64,000 nt of DNA from Octopus vulgaris (GCA_951406725.2 OX597824.1:93248001-93312000); one strand, 5' to 3'. Positions 40,336-54,510 are shown, numbered from the stretch's first letter. Notes: generated from the letters alone by a model not told the origin. Made by a program: numbers and translations.

Positions 40336-40791
40336 TCGAATGTGTCATACCATAAACCTCAAGAGGTTTGACAGTGATATGAGAAAGAATTTGACTGCTA
40401 TTTCTAGTGGACCATGCAGCTGCGTACTGAGACCCTGGTCGCTGTCGCTGTTGCCTTGCTCTGAATGCTATTTCCTTTGCTTACGACTTTTTGCTGTTGT
40501 AATAGTTTCTCCTATTGTAACTGCACTCTGCATGTGCTGCATTTACGGTGCTACTGTTACAGCTGCTGGTGCAGTAACAGTGTGTGTGTGTGTGTGCGCA
40601 CGAAACTAGTGTGCATGTGTGCGTGCGCGCGCGCTCGCATTACGGGTGTATGTGTATGAATATGTATATATGCGTGTGTATGTGTGTGTGTATGTGTATG
40701 TGAGTGCATATGTGTGGGCGTGTGTGTGTGCGTGTATATGGATAGGTAGATGGACAGATGTATTTCTAGAAGGACAGAAATATATCTATAT

Positions 40792-41010
40792 CAGTGGTTT
40801 TCAACCAGGGTTACGCGGAACCCTAGGGTTCCGCCTGTACAGTCCAGGGATTCCGCAAGAAGTTACAAAACTGCTAAAATCGGCAGTAATTTTTAATTCT
40901 CCTGTGCAGATATGTGTTCAAAAGACTATTAAATTATTGCACAGGGGTTCCTCGAGCCAGTGGAATGTTTCCTTGGGGTTCCGCTCCAGCAAAAAGTTTG
41001 AAAAGCACTG
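40792..41010. mobile_element. hAT-superfamily MITE (219 bp)
   Basis: TIRs CAGTGGTTTTCAACC / GTTTGAAAAGCACTG; perfect 8-bp TSD ATCTATAT; subterminal GGTTCCGC-like repeats. Confidence 0.92.
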
Positions 41011-41189
41011 ATCTATATCCACACTGCCCGAAATAGTCATGAGTACTGGAACTAGACTGATGAAAGACAACCCGCTTCTCCCCCTGTTTTTTTTTTTTTT
41101 TTTTTGCCTGTCCGCTTTTGTATCGTCTATCTGTCCGAATGTGGCGTTTTTGTTCCATTTTAAATTATATATATACATATATATATATA

Positions 41190-41377
41190 CATAGTGAGAA
41201 TTTACAAAAAAAAAGACGAAGACGGGTGTGTAAACAACAAACAGATGTATTAGTTTAACGCTCGGGAAGTTAGAAAGTCTTTTACGTTTCGAACCTACGC
41301 CCTTCGAACGAAAGGAACACAGAAATAAACAGGGAGAGAAAATAGAAAAAGGTTTAGTGGTTAGCGGTCTATCATGC
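41190..41377 (-). mobile_element. Hammerhead cassette family H1, diverged
   Basis: Minus strand CTTT-CGTTCGA-AGGGCGTAGGTTC-GAAACGTA-AAAG at 41314-41279; flanked by (TA)n and (TG)n. Confidence 0.7.
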
Positions 41378-42082
41378 ACTTGTGTGTGTGTTTGTATGTA
41401 CATATGTACGGCCGAACGGAGAGATGGACGCATACATGCATGTAGGCATGTATGCATGTATGCATATCGAGTCACTTTTAGTGTTACTTTAAGATTAAAG
41501 AAAGTAAAATCTCTCGCTTGAGCGGACCATCGGCGACTAATCTGACAACCCTAGGAAGCCGGTTTAATAAGGAATATTGTCTTCGTAGTACATCCAGGAG
41601 GACGAAAAAACAGATGTTGTCAAAGAACTGGTGAACTCGATAGAATCAACGGCTATCCAACAGCTGGGGGAGAGAGAGACCTTTAATCTTCGTTTAGACA
41701 TATCTCTTGCAGAATGAAATGATGTAGACAAGTTCCTCTTGGATTGGCCCTGAGCAAGCTCTTTCCTCGGTTTAAAATAAGCATCGGATACAAGCGCCGC
41801 TTAATTTTAAACATCTTTTATGCGTTACATACAGCGGCCGACATTAGCTGAGGAAGACAAAGCACTCAATGAAAAAATCTCTGATGGAATGAAAACATGT
41901 GGCAGGGTGGCATTTAAGGACTCTGAACACATACTGGAAAAGAAATCCATCTTTACCACATCTGTGCAAAGGCGTATAGGCCCCAAGTATGCGTAGAAAA
42001 ACACATCTGCCTCGCTTATGTGTAAAAAAACACTCGAACGATGGTATGGCTCGAAGCTGAGTATAGCTTATATATGCTTGTA

Positions 42083-42521
42083 AGGCGGCGAGCTGGCAGA
42101 TACGTTAGCACGCCGGGCGAAAATTTTAGTGATTTTTCGTCTGCCTTTATGTTCTGAGATCAAATTCCGCCTAGGTAGATTTTACCTTTCATCCTTTCGG
42201 CATCGATAAATTAAGTACCAGTTGTGTACTGGGGTAGATCTAATCGACTGGCACCATCTCCGAAAATTTCGGGCCTACAGCCTAGAGTAGAAAAGAATAT
42301 TTAAAGATGATGAGTAGGCGGAAAGGTTAGCACGTCTGGTGGATTGCTTAGCGGTATTTCGTCTGTCTTTAGGCTCTGAGTTCAAACTCCGCCGAGGTCG
42401 ACTTTGCCTTTCATCCTTTCGGGGTCGAGAAATTAAGTACCAGTTGCGTACTGAGGTCGATGTAAACGACTGAATCCCTCCCCCAAAATTTCGGGCTTTG
42501 TGCCAAGAGTAGAAAAAAAAC
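42083..42521 (+). mobile_element. Head-to-tail tandem of two family A (tail B) SINEs
   Basis: Two head-core-tailB units; flanking 10-bp direct repeat TATGCTTGTA at 42073-42082 and 42522-42531. Confidence 0.85.
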
Positions 42522-43023
42522 TATGCTTGTACGTATGTATGCACAGGCAATTGTGTCAATTTAGCCTGTTGCGATAAATTACTGTTTATTTCTTTGTGCT
42601 TATTTCTTAATTACTGTATACTATAACATCAGAAATCGCTTCGTCGCACTTCAACAACCCGACTGGATCCTTTAACTGAATTATTCAATATAACTATTTT
42701 ATTTCCAATTCACGGTTTCAGATTATGTCGTTTCTTAAACGAATACAACACCGAATTTAAATAAACACACACACGCGCCCATAAACACCACGTACACACA
42801 CACACCATGCACACAGACACACGCACACAGAAACACACACACACACACACACACACACTCAAACACACACACACAGGGATTTTCTTATTACGCGCTTCAG
42901 ACTTGTACAAAGAAATTGTTGCGACACAGTCTCTCATGGCAATTGATCGGACCCCAGTATTCAATTAACAGTGATAACTAAGGGTGAGTGTGTATGCATA
43001 TGTATGCGGCGCGTGCGTGTGTG

Positions 43024-43075
<52 letters not shown>

Positions 43076-43079
<4 letters not shown>

Positions 43080-43392
43080 GGAAAGTTTACGAAAATAAAC
43101 AAAAGACGAAGGCAGGTCGAGTACAAACAAACAAATCTATTAGTATAGCGCTCAGGAATAGAAAAAGTCTTTTACGTTTCGAGCCTACGCTCTTCGACAG
43201 AAAGATACACAGAAAAAAATGCGTGGAGGAGCTAACGATCTATCTTGGCGTCCTGTATATATATACATATTCTTATGTATATAAGCTTCGAGCCATACCA
43301 TCGTTCTAGCGTTTTCTTATACATAAGCGAGGTAGATGTGCTTTTCTACGCATACTTGGGGCCTATACGCCTTTTCGTAAACTTTCCCCTTA
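43076..43392 (-). mobile_element. Hammerhead cassette family H1 with an inverted terminal copy and an extra 91-bp segment
   Basis: Minus strand TCTTT-CTGTCGA-A-GAGC-GTAG-GCTC-GAAACGTA-AAAGA at 43205-43168; ends AAGGGAAAGTTTACGAAAA / TTTTCGTAAACTTTCCCCTT are inverted; (TA)n on both sides. Confidence 0.8.
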
Positions 43393-43894
43393 TATATATA
43401 TATATATGCATTTCAGTCATTTGTTTATACCTATGCCGGGAGAGTCCGGTGAGGAGTATTGTCGAACATATACATTAATATATTAAAATTATAATAAGGG
43501 TGTTGAATGATTACAACAACACTCTGCTAGAAATAGAGCCCAAATATTCTACGAACTATGTAGATATTACTCCACTACAGAAGGTTGTAAGCAAGGAAAA
43601 TAGACAGCGAGGATTTATAAAATAATTTCGATAGTAGCCAATCTAAAGATTTAATTTAACGAGCCAACTGTTCCGTTGATCGCATCAACTGGAACCCTCG
43701 TCGTCGTGATAACAGACGGAGTGCCACGACGACTTAAAGCCCACCAGATACATGTATACATACATACATACAAATATATGCACATACACACTCGCACACA
43801 CACACACACACACACGCTCACGTACTCGAAAATAAGCCAATGTACGAACGAACGCGAAGAATTGACTCTGAACTCATGAGATTTGAAGTAATAT

Positions 43895-44129
43895 ATATTT
43901 CTTTACTACCCACAAGGGGCTAAACATAGACGGGACAAACAAGGACAGACAAAGGGATTAAGTCGATTACATTGACCCCAGTGCGTAACTGGTACTTTAT
44001 TTATCGACCCCGAAAGGATGAAAGGCAAAGTCGACCTCGGCGGAATTTGAACTCAGAACGTAATGGCAGACGAAATACGGCTACGCATTTCGCCCGGCAC
44101 CGCTAACGTTTCTGCCAGCTCATCGCCTT
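43895..44129 (-). mobile_element. Family A SINE monomer, tail A
   Basis: Full head, core and tail. Confidence 0.9.
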
Positions 44130-46723
44130 AATATTTGAAACAATATAAATATCAAGTACGAATCGCGCATGCGCGTGTATGTGTGTATGTGCATGTGTGT
44201 GATTGCCTGTGTGTGCTTGTACGTGTGTGCTGGCCTTATTGTTGATGCTCCAGTTCATTTTCAATGTTAATGTTAATGTTAGTGATTTTCTTCCGTCATT
44301 TTTTTAACTGGAGGCTCCACTCAATGATGATATTTGCACTTTATTAATGGCGCACAAATATTATAAAGTATTTATCGCAAGAGCAGGTGTTTCAAATAGT
44401 ATTTCTCTGTACCTCAAGGGCTACTGGAGTACATACTTGTTCGCGGTCGGTGTTATGTTGCCCCACACTCGTTTCCGCATGCTCCCTCTCTTGTTTAATC
44501 AACAGGGTTGCTCAGTGTCATTGTATAAATGCCTTCTGCTAAAGCAACATCAAAGACAGTCAGACAGAGAGAAGGAATGAGAGACCTCGCGATGCAAAGC
44601 TCCCTCGCTTAGCGACATATTATCGTTCACCATGTTGATGATACAATTTCATCTTCCCGCACAAATGTAGGTTAGACTTTTATATGCTTATGTTTCCCGT
44701 ACATTTTGTTCTCAGAAACTCGCCGTATTGCCTCGAGTGGAGAGATGGATCTAGAACAAATAATGTGCGCTAACAACAGCTGTAGCTCTCATGTCTAAGG
44801 AAACACATACGTGACCTTTATATTTTTATAACATTCTGACAAATGTTCATACATTTTACAAAAGACCAAACCTCTGGGGCTGGCGTAGATGTATCCGCCA
44901 CCCGGGGCAGCCTTTGTATTCAGCTTCACACCGTGGCCCCGAAGCCTATGCGGAAATATACAGCAACTCTTTATTATCATTTCCATAAAAGTCTCGTTCG
45001 GGTAAGGCCCACTCCCTCACCACAAGCTGCGCAACTGACAAACTTTCTCATTAATATGTGCTCTGTTCTTCAAAAGATATTTGTTCAAAAATACATCACA
45101 CCTGTTATCTTTTCAATGGAACTTTAATATTGAACCCGTCATTATTGCTACGCATTCCAGAATCTAGAATAATTTTGTATCATGCGATTCAACCATGAAG
45201 TATTTTGAAGGTTTGTACTTGTCTTGTGGATCTACTGCATCAATGATGTAAAGTTATCAACGTGTTGGCTATTCAGTCTCTACGGGATGAAAAGTAAACA
45301 CGTAATGATATTCTTGAATTTGCATCCACGAACAGTACGGTCTTCGACTTCTTAACTGTGTGATACCTGACCCAAACGTTGCGATGAAAATGGCACAGTT
45401 AAGATATGCAGTGTAAACATTTAAACCTTCTATGTATTAACGTTAACTAAAGCTCTCGCCTCTACATTGCAACACTGCGGAATAATATATCTTGACAGTA
45501 TGGACAGATCATATCCGTTGGCCTAATAAGAAAGGGCTTCTCAAAATGGTTTCTGATAGATCTTCATTGATATTGTCTAATTCATAAATTTTCTCTTTCA
45601 AATTCTAATACCTGTTCTTCTCTCATTGTTGCGTCTTTGCCACTTGCCTGTTCTTAATATGCCTGTCCAACATCGGCCTTCATATAATTTTTCCGTCCTT
45701 CGTTTCTGCATCGTGTCTCTCCCAAACAAACATTTCTTTCTACAGTCCACATAACTTGTCTCCTCTCTTGATCAAAATCTGTAAGCCTTTTCGAATTCCG
45801 CCGAGATCGACTTTGCCTTTCATCCTTTCGGGGTCGATAAATTAAGTACCAGATACGTACCGGGGTCAATCATATCGTTGACCTCACTACGGGACTTTCG
45901 AATGTCTTCTGGTTTCTTTTTATCCTTTTGCCTATATTGTCTTCCATCTCTCCTAATCATGTTACGATTATGTTCTCAAGACTAAGCCCTTCTCAGCGTT
46001 GTTGAGTTAGTTATTCTTGTCACCCTACCGTATTTAATTCCATAGCCCTACTTAACAATCCCTCTCAGCATCCTTTCTGTCTCTTCTGAGACCCTAGTCT
46101 GTTTTTATTTATAACCATGAATTCCTATTGCAGTTCAGAATTTTAATATTGAATATTAACTTACATTCCAAGTGATTTTATATCTGATTGCACAAGATCC
46201 AATGAAAATCTCACCCCCAACCCCAAAAAATAAAAAAGAACCGCAACTTTATTAAACTTCATAAAATAAATTACATCGTTCGTAACAAAAATAATAAGAA
46301 TGTAATTCATTTTTTGCAATTTAAGAAGATAAAAACTTTGTTCGTTCTTGCGTAGCCGCATGTGTTAAATCTTATGAGAATTATTTAAATTATAAAATTC
46401 GTTTGAAATAAAAGAAAATTACGAGACATTGCTGTCACTCTTTTTATGATACCATCGAATTTTCACGATACCATCGACTTCATATATACATACGTGTGTG
46501 TGTGTGTGTGGTTAAATGTCGTTCCTTTTTTGCGCCTCTTTTTCGCTTCCATTACACGGCATTTTATTACAAATCTTAATCTTGAATCATTTTTCTTTTT
46601 CGTCTTCGCAAAAACAATCATTGCCGTTACATCTACATTTAAAATATTACAGTTCTCAGTATAAACACAGACACATCAGTGTACAGGTGCATGAGAACGT
46701 GCGAGTACGTGTGTGAATATATA

Positions 46724-46955
46724 ACGGCGAGCTGGTAGAAACGTTAGCACGCCGGGCGAAATTCGTAGCCGTATTTCGTCTGTCGTTACGTTCCGAGTTC
46801 AAATTCCGCCGAGGTCGACTTTGCTTTTCATCCTTTCGGGGTCGATAAATTAAGTACCAGTTACGCACTGGGGTCGATGTAGTCGACTTAATCCCTTTGT
46901 CTCTCTCCTTGTTTGTCCCCTCTATGTTTAGTCCCTTGTGGGTAGTAAAGAAATA
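46724..46955 (+). mobile_element. Family A SINE monomer, tail A
   Basis: Full head, core and tail; AATATATA(T)AAC on both flanks. Confidence 0.9.
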
Positions 46956-47421
46956 TATATAACAACGATAATTTACAAGTGTATGCTTTTCTCCTCACCA
47001 TCTTTCATCAAAATGCGTCGCGTTTCGCTTAGCGCTCGAAACGTAAAACAACCACTTTTAACAGAAAGCGTGGAGGATTTCCTAAGTTAAAGATACAACA
47101 GTATTAACGCTACGACGGATATTTAGTCTTGATGTTTAACCTGTTGATAAACTGCATGAGCTTCGATTCAACAACAGATAATACTTCACCAACCAGTCTA
47201 AATACACGCTTTTTAAATACATTGCACTTGGCTTTGTTTACATGTCTCTGAAGAAGATATATAATTACTCCTAGTCGACAGATGAGGCAAGAGATATAAT
47301 GAAACATAAGAAAGGCAAAATTAGTTGAACGAGAGCAAACACCAACTGTTGCTTTGTGGTTTTTCGCAGGATTTATTTCAAAGAGCATGCTTATTTAACA
47401 TACAGTATGTTAAATAAGTAG

Positions 47422-47642
47422 TGGAGGCGCGTGGCTTAGTGGTTAGGGCGACGTGTTGTGTTCTTGAGCAAAGCACTTCATTTCACGTTGCTCCAGTCCA
47501 CTCAGCTGGCAAAAAGGAGCAACGCTGCGATGGACTTGCGACCTGTCCAGCTGGGGAACACATACGCCATTGAAACCGCGAAAAACCGGGCCCACGAACC
47601 TGGCTAGGCTTTAAAAGGGTGCATTTATTACTTTTTTATTCT
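47422..47642 (+). mobile_element. Family B SINE with a deletion in the tRNA head
   Basis: 16-bp TSD TATGTTAAATAAGTAG at 47406-47421 and 47643-47658; tail as in 7764-8024. Confidence 0.9.
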
Positions 47643-48029
47643 TATGTTAAATAAGTAGGCATTTAGATTCAGTGTATATACACGTGTGTTCTTAAAAATG
47701 CAGGGCTGGTAATTTCTTACTAATATAGAATGGATTGCAAACAACATGTACACGCAAGTGCTACAAGTCGAGAACTCAGCGTACTAGAAGCCAGCAAGTG
47801 TATGGGGTCATCAGGGGAAAATGCGCGCCGTTTCGGGACCTATCTCTCGACGGCATCACTGCGTCCCCCATTTCCACTCAGCTGATAAGAAATGAGTAGT
47901 CGAAACCACAATCTTACGATCATGAGTCCAAAACCCCAAACCACTAAGCCACGCCCCACAACACTACCGCCAATACTATCACTAAACTACCAGAATCACA
48001 TCAACCACATTACCACCACCGAAACTTCA

Positions 48030-48218
48030 ATCATCATCATTATTGCCATCGTCATCATCATCATCATCATCATCATCATCACCATCCTCATCGCCATCAT
48101 CACCATCATCATCGTCATCGTCATCATCATAATCATCATCATCATCGCCATCATCATCATCCTCATCATCCTCATCATCATCATCTTCATCCTCATCATC
48201 TTCATCATCATCATCATC

Positions 48219-48278
<60 letters not shown>

Positions 48279-49612
48279 GGCGGGACTTATTGTTTCGAGT
48301 ATTAAGACTCGTAGGGCCGGTTACCCGGTTTCCCCGGGTTATAAGTAACCGAGATCCCAAAGTTCATCCCAAAACGGATGCCAACCAGTTGCAGAGTTAC
48401 TTATTTACGACTGAGCGGACTGGGGAAGGTGAAATGAAGAGTCCCGCTCAAGAATACGACACACTGCATGGTTCAGGAAATGAAACCGTAATCTAGCGAT
48501 GAGGCACGGTTCTAGGAGCATCACAAAAGCATATTTACCTCAGACACACCAACACCAACACCACAACAACCATCCTTCATTTCCACCACCGCCGCCACCA
48601 CTACAACAATCACCAACACCACGATCATCACTACCACAACCCGCCGCCATCACCACCGCCACCACACCACCATCGCAATAACCACAATAGCCACAATGAC
48701 CAACGCGATCGCCACCGCCACTACCACCACCACCACTGCAACAATCACAACCACCGCCATCATCAGCAGCAACACCACCACCACTATCACCACCTTCACA
48801 CCATCACCTCCGCCACCATCACCATCATCATCATCATCGCCACTATCACCATCACCATCACCACCATCATCATCACCACCACCACTATTACCACCACCAC
48901 TAACAAATTCACCAACCGATCAGTGATTGACCTGCGACTACACAAGATCAACAAAAGCAATAACAACAACAACAACAACAACAACTGCAGCAACAACAAT
49001 GAAAGACAATACCAACTTCTGATTGGCTGCCACACTTTCACTACTACTACTATTACTGGTGTTGGTCACTACCACAAACATACACGTCACTACCGGCACC
49101 ATACTTACTGATGGTAGTAAGGCGAGTGGCACCACTACTACTAACATCATTATCACCATCATCATCAACATCGTTTCTCTTCCTTATCATGATCATCATC
49201 ATCATCATCATCATCTTCTTTATCATCTATTTCGTCTTATTCTTTTTGTTCTCCTCCTCCTCCTCCTCCTCCTCCTCCTTCTTCTTCTTCTTCTTCTTTT
49301 TCTTCTTCTCCTTTTTCTTCCTCTCCTTTATCATCATCACCATCTCCTTCTTCTCCTCCTCCACCTCCTCCTTCTTCTTTTTTCTTCTTCTTCTGCTTCT
49401 TCCTCCTACTCCTCTTATTTATCATCGTCACCATCTTCTTCTTCTTCCTCCTCTTCTTTATCATCATCACATCTTCTTTCTCTTCTTTATCATCATCACC
49501 ATCTTCTTCCTCTTCTTTTTCTTTCTTCTTCTTTATCATCATCACCATCTTCTTCTTCTTCTTCTTCTTCTTCTTCTTCTTCTCTTCTTCTTCTTCTCCT
49601 TCTTCTTCCATA
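48030..49612. repeat. Compound (CAT)n/(CAC)n/(CAA)n/(CTT)n low-complexity block, with a decayed (-) SINE at ~48290-48500
   Basis: Direct inspection. Confidence 0.9.
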
Positions 49613-49639
49613 TCGTTAGCAATAATCCTTACTACTAAA

Positions 49640-50262
49640 AGATTAGTAGACTTTCCGGAAAGGGGACTAGTCGATAACATCGATCCCCAGTATTTCACTG
49701 GTACTGAATTTATCGATCCCGATAGGATGAAAGGCAAACTCGACTTCAGCGGAATTTGAATTCAGAACGTAACGGCATACGAAATACTGCTAGGCATTTC
49801 ATCCGGCGCGCTAACGATTCTGCCAGCTCTCCGCCTTGTATCATTAGTAATATTTCCACGCTTCTATCACCACCGATAGCACCGTCATATGATCGAAAGA
49901 AGACCATCAACTGCAACATTAGCAACGATACTACCGCTAACAAATGGCATTCTCTCAACCAAAACCCAGAAATGCAAGTCCAATGTTTGTAAAAACACCG
50001 CTTATATCAACTTGGTATCAAAACAATAAAAGCCGTCAGCTATCATTTTGATTTCAAATTTTAGCAAAGGGCTAACAATTTTGAAGGGAGGGAGTAAGTC
50101 GATTGTATCGTCCCTTGTGCTCAGCTGGTACTTATTTTATCGACTCCAAAAGGATAGACGGCAGAGACGACCAGGGTGGAATTTGAACACTGAACGCAAT
50201 GACGGACGAAATGAAATGCCGCTGAGCATTTTGCTCGACGTGCTGACGTTTCAGCCAGCTCG
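49640..50262 (-). mobile_element. Two family A SINEs (49640-49837; decayed 50060-50262)
   Basis: Core and B-box on the minus strand. Confidence 0.8.
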
Positions 50263-50503
50263 CTGTCACCCATCACATTAGCAACAAACACCCCCACCAA
50301 CACCATTACTGAGACCGCGTTCATAAGAACAGAAATAAGAACAACAACCATGACAGTAACAACGCCACCATCACGCCACATGACATCTCAAGCCATGTTC
50401 ATATTCTTTTCTACGATAGACACACGTCTTGAAATTTTGGCGGAGGGAGTATCAAAAAACATCAAAGCCAGAATGCATAACAGTAGCTACAACACCAACA
50501 CAG

Positions 50504-50957
50504 TGGAGGCGCAATGGCCCAGTGGTTAGGGCAGCGGACTCGCCGTCGTTAGAAAGCAGTTTCGAATCACAGACCGGGCATTATTTATTGAGCAAAAACA
50601 CCTAAGCTCCAGCGGAGGGTGGTGGTGAAACCCGCTGTACTCTTTCTCCACAACTTTCTCTCACTCTTTCTTCCTACTTCTTCCACAAAGCAGAGGAAAC
50701 ACGGTGTAACCCATTATGGTGTAGTCTAGATTGCGAATCTTCTGTACCCTAGGATGATTCAGCTCTCCACCCGTTAAAAGCCACCGTTTCCGGAATGAGG
50801 ATAGCAACGTAGTTTTCGCGCCCGTGCAACCGCCAGTCTATCGTGTGTGGTGGTCGGATCTTCAAGTTCCTGATGGGAAGCAGAAGAAGAAGAAGAAGAA
50901 GAAGAAGAAGAAGAAGAAGAAGAAGAAGAAGAAGAAGAAGAAGAAGAAGAAGAAGAA
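50504..50957 (+). mobile_element. Family D SINE ending in a (GAA)n tail
   Basis: Head GGAGGCGCAATGGCCCAGTGGTTAGGG; ~25 GAA units at 50883-50957. Confidence 0.85.
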
Positions 50958-51624
50958 AACGACACCAACACAGCTAAGAACAATGTCAGATCACTTCGTT
51001 ATTTAGAGAAATAGGAAAAGACAAAAAACCTAGCAAGTGGCATATTTGCAATGACTAGTCCACCGGTACCACATGTAACATTATGTTCACAAATAACTAT
51101 AAATAAATATTAGTAACAGCATTAGCAACGGTATCGCTAGCATCAATATAAATATCACACGTCAGGCTGCTTCCATACATACACAAACAGCAAATACCAA
51201 ATCACCAGCCACAATATTAGAAATGAGAAGAACAACATACGTTAGTTGCAAGCGATGGGAATAGTCTACCTGGGCGCGAGATTTGCCAAATTGCACTTTC
51301 AATGACATACCCCAACATCTTAGAAAATGCCACATTGTATAAAATAGCCATGGACTTATTATAAGTAGGAAGAACGATGGAATAGTCACAGCTGAAATAT
51401 CTTACAGCGTAGGTCTGCTCCCCCTTTTCAGAGCTGTTCTGCTATTAAAGATGTTCAACGTCAATAGCAACAATATTAATCACACCACATCATACGCAAT
51501 ACCGGTACTGAAGCACGTTTAGCATGCTGCTATCACATCACATCACACCACCTTCGTAGCAACATAAACAAAATCAACAGATGAAACATTAGCAACAACG
51601 CCATACGGCCAGTAAACAGCAACA

Positions 51625-51674
<50 letters not shown>

Positions 51675-51676
<2 letters not shown>

Positions 51677-52040
51677 TTTAATTTGTTTCAGTCATTTGAG
51701 AGTGGCCATGCTGGAACACTGCCTTTAGTTGAACAAACCGACTTATTCTTTGCTAGACTAGTACTAATTTTATCCACTTCTTTTTGCCGAACCGCTAACT
51801 TACGGGGAAGTAAACACACCAGTATGGGTTTTCAGTGATGGTGGGGGTTCAAACACAGATACACAAATACACACACACATATATATATACATACATACAA
51901 CAGGCTTCTTTCAGTTTCCGCCTACGAAACCCACTCACAAGGCTTTGGTCGGCCCTAGGCTGTAGCAGAAGACACCTGCCCAAGGTGCGACGTTGTGGGA
52001 CTGAACCCAGAACCATGTGTTTTGGTAGGAAGCTACTTGC
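51675..52040 (-). mobile_element. Family C SINE, full length
   Basis: Minus-strand head GGCGCAGGCGTGGCTGTGTGG, B-box-like GGTTCAGTCCC, CCTTGGGCAGGTGTC core, internal (TA)/(TG) repeat. Confidence 0.9.
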
Positions 52041-52074
52041 CACACAGCCACGCCTGCGCCTCAACTAGGTTCGA

Positions 52075-52218
52075 AGGGATTTGGCCACCAAGATCACCTG
52101 ATTTCACACCGACAGTCTGGTTCTTTTTTGTTTTTGTGGAGCAAGTAAAGGCCCAGTGTACAAGAATCACCCGAAAACCATTAAATACTCACGGCGGAGA
52201 GACTTTGTGAACGCCCTG
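52075..52218 (+). mobile_element. Tc1/mariner (ITm) transposase 3' remnant with TIR
   Basis: WPPRSPDFTP..FF (cf. WPPRSPDLTPxDFFLWG); ends ACTTTGTGAACGCCCTG followed by TA. Confidence 0.75.
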
Positions 52219-52239
52219 TATTAGTAGCAGCACAACAGT

Positions 52240-53700
52240 GAGATCGCAATCAGCACAAATTTTATTTCGATATAAACAAAAGAAACAATTACAACTTAAG
52301 CAACAACATCTCAATGCTAACGCTATTTTTAAAGGAACTGAAATAAAAACAGCGTTGAAGATATTCGCAACAACGCCACATCGCCAACAGCACCTTCATA
52401 TCAAGATAAACGAAACCAGCAACGATAGTGCAAGCAGCGACACCTCACTGGCAACATTATTTTCATTCTGATGCAAACAAAATAATTAATTACACCATTA
52501 GCAACAACATCTGAAAGCTAACACTACCACCAAACAAACAAAAGAAAAACAGCAATTAAGATATTAGCAACAGCACCACATCGCCAACACCACCTTCATA
52601 CCAACATAAACAGTGACATCTCACCACCAGCATTACATTCTTCCTGATATAAACTAAATAACTAATTACACAATTAGCAACATCTCAAGGCTAAAACTTC
52701 TTTCAAAGGATGAGAAATAAATGAGCGATGAAGACGTTAGCAACAGCCGCACATCACCAACACCACATTCATATCAAGATAAACAGCGACACCTCACTGT
52801 CAACATTACATTTATTCTGATATAAGCAAAATAATTAATTACACCATTAGCAACATCACATCGCTTCATATCAGCATAAACGAAACCAGCAATGATAACG
52901 TTAGCAGCAAAACCTCACTGCTAACAGTATTTTCATTCTGATATAAACAAAATAACTAATTACACCATTAGCAACAACATCTGAAGGCTAACAAAACTTG
53001 CAAAATAAAACAAATAAAACGAGCTATGAAGATATTAGCAACGACCACACGTCGCTAACACCACCTTCATATCAAAATAAGCAGCGACACATCACCGCCA
53101 ACATTACATTTATCCTGATATAAGCAAAATAATTAACTTATACCATTAGCAACAACATCTCAATGCTAACACTACTTCCAAATGAGCATAAACAGGACGA
53201 GGGGTGACGATATTAGCAACGACACCACATCGCTACCACCACATCGCTTCATATCAGCATGAATGAAACCAGTGATAGCGTTAGCAGCGAAACCGCATCG
53301 CCAATACTATTTTCATTCTGATATAAGCAAAATAATTAAATTACACCATTAGCAACAACATCTGAAGGCTAGCACAACTTTCAAAAGAAAACAAATAAAA
53401 CCAGCGATGAAGATATTAGCAACGAGGCCACATCGCCAACACCGCCTTCGCATCAACATACACGAAGTCAGCAGCGACACCTCACCGCCAGCATCACTTT
53501 CATTCTGATATAAACAAAATACGTAATTACGTTAGCAATGCCATCACACAGCTGACACTAGCTTCAAAGGAATACAAACAAAACCAGCGATAGCAATATT
53601 AGCAACAACGCCACGCTGCTAATACTCTGCTCGTACTAACATTAACAAAAGCAACGAATAACGACATTTGCAACTACACAGCTATTACCATATCGAACCA
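52240..53700. repeat. Tandem satellite, ~8 diverged A/C-rich units of ~120-200 bp (mostly ~175-190)
   Basis: Anchor CTGATATAA(A/G)CAAAATAATTAATTACACCATTAGCAACAACATCT recurs near 52467, 52644, 52817, 52937, 53115, 53317, 53504. Confidence 0.9.
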
Positions 53701-53989
53701 AGTTCATAAACATTAAAAGCAGCAAAGCCAGGAATCACAACATTCGCTACACCTTCCATACTTACATAAACATGAACACGAGGCGATGAAGAAGTTGCTA
53801 CATAGCTGCATTAGGCTGCTAGAAATAGCAGCCAAATGTATTTCGATAATTTCAAAAAAAAAAAATAAATAACCGAAAAAAGAACATCACCGCTGCATCA
53901 AAATCAAATAATAACAATAACAACAACAACAATAATAATAATAATAATACTAATCAAAATAATAATGATGATGATGATGATGATGATAA

Positions 53990-54382
53990 TTTTGCCACAA
54001 GGGTAGCCATTTTGGTGGAGGGGATAAGTCAATTTCATTGACCCCCACCCACACCAGTGTTTCACTGGAACTTAGTTTATCGACCCTGAAAAGATGAAAG
54101 GTAAAGTGGACGTCAGCGGTTTTGGAATTCAGAACGTAAAAACAGACGAAATACCTATTTCTTTACTACCCACAGGGGGCTAAACACAGAGAAGACAAAC
54201 AAGGACAGACAAACGGATTAAGTCGATTACGTCGTCCCCAGTGCGTAACTGGTACTTATTTAATCGACCCTCAAAGGATGAAAGGCAAAGTCGACCTCGA
54301 TGGAATTTGAACGCAGAACATAAAGACAGACGAAACGCCGCTGAGCATTATCCCGGTGCGCTAACGATTCTGCCAGCCCGCT
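53990..54382 (-). mobile_element. Dimeric family A SINE
   Basis: Junction CGAAATACCTATTTCTTT (plus strand) at ~54147; two cores. Confidence 0.88.
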
Positions 54383-54470
54383 ACTACTACTATTACTACT
54401 ACTACTACTACTACTAATAATAATAATAATAAAAATAATAATGATGATGATGATGATAATAAAAATAATA

Positions 54471-54510
<40 letters not shown>

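Noticed and set aside
41480-46100. Possible additional LINE fossils (41480-41960 +, 45130-46100 -; also 7480-7740 -)
   Set aside because: Only vague motif resemblance by eye; a translated repeat-library search is needed.
52240-53700. CRISPR-like repeat/spacer appearance
   Set aside because: Whole units are homologous (no unique spacers), the context is eukaryotic, and there are no cas genes.
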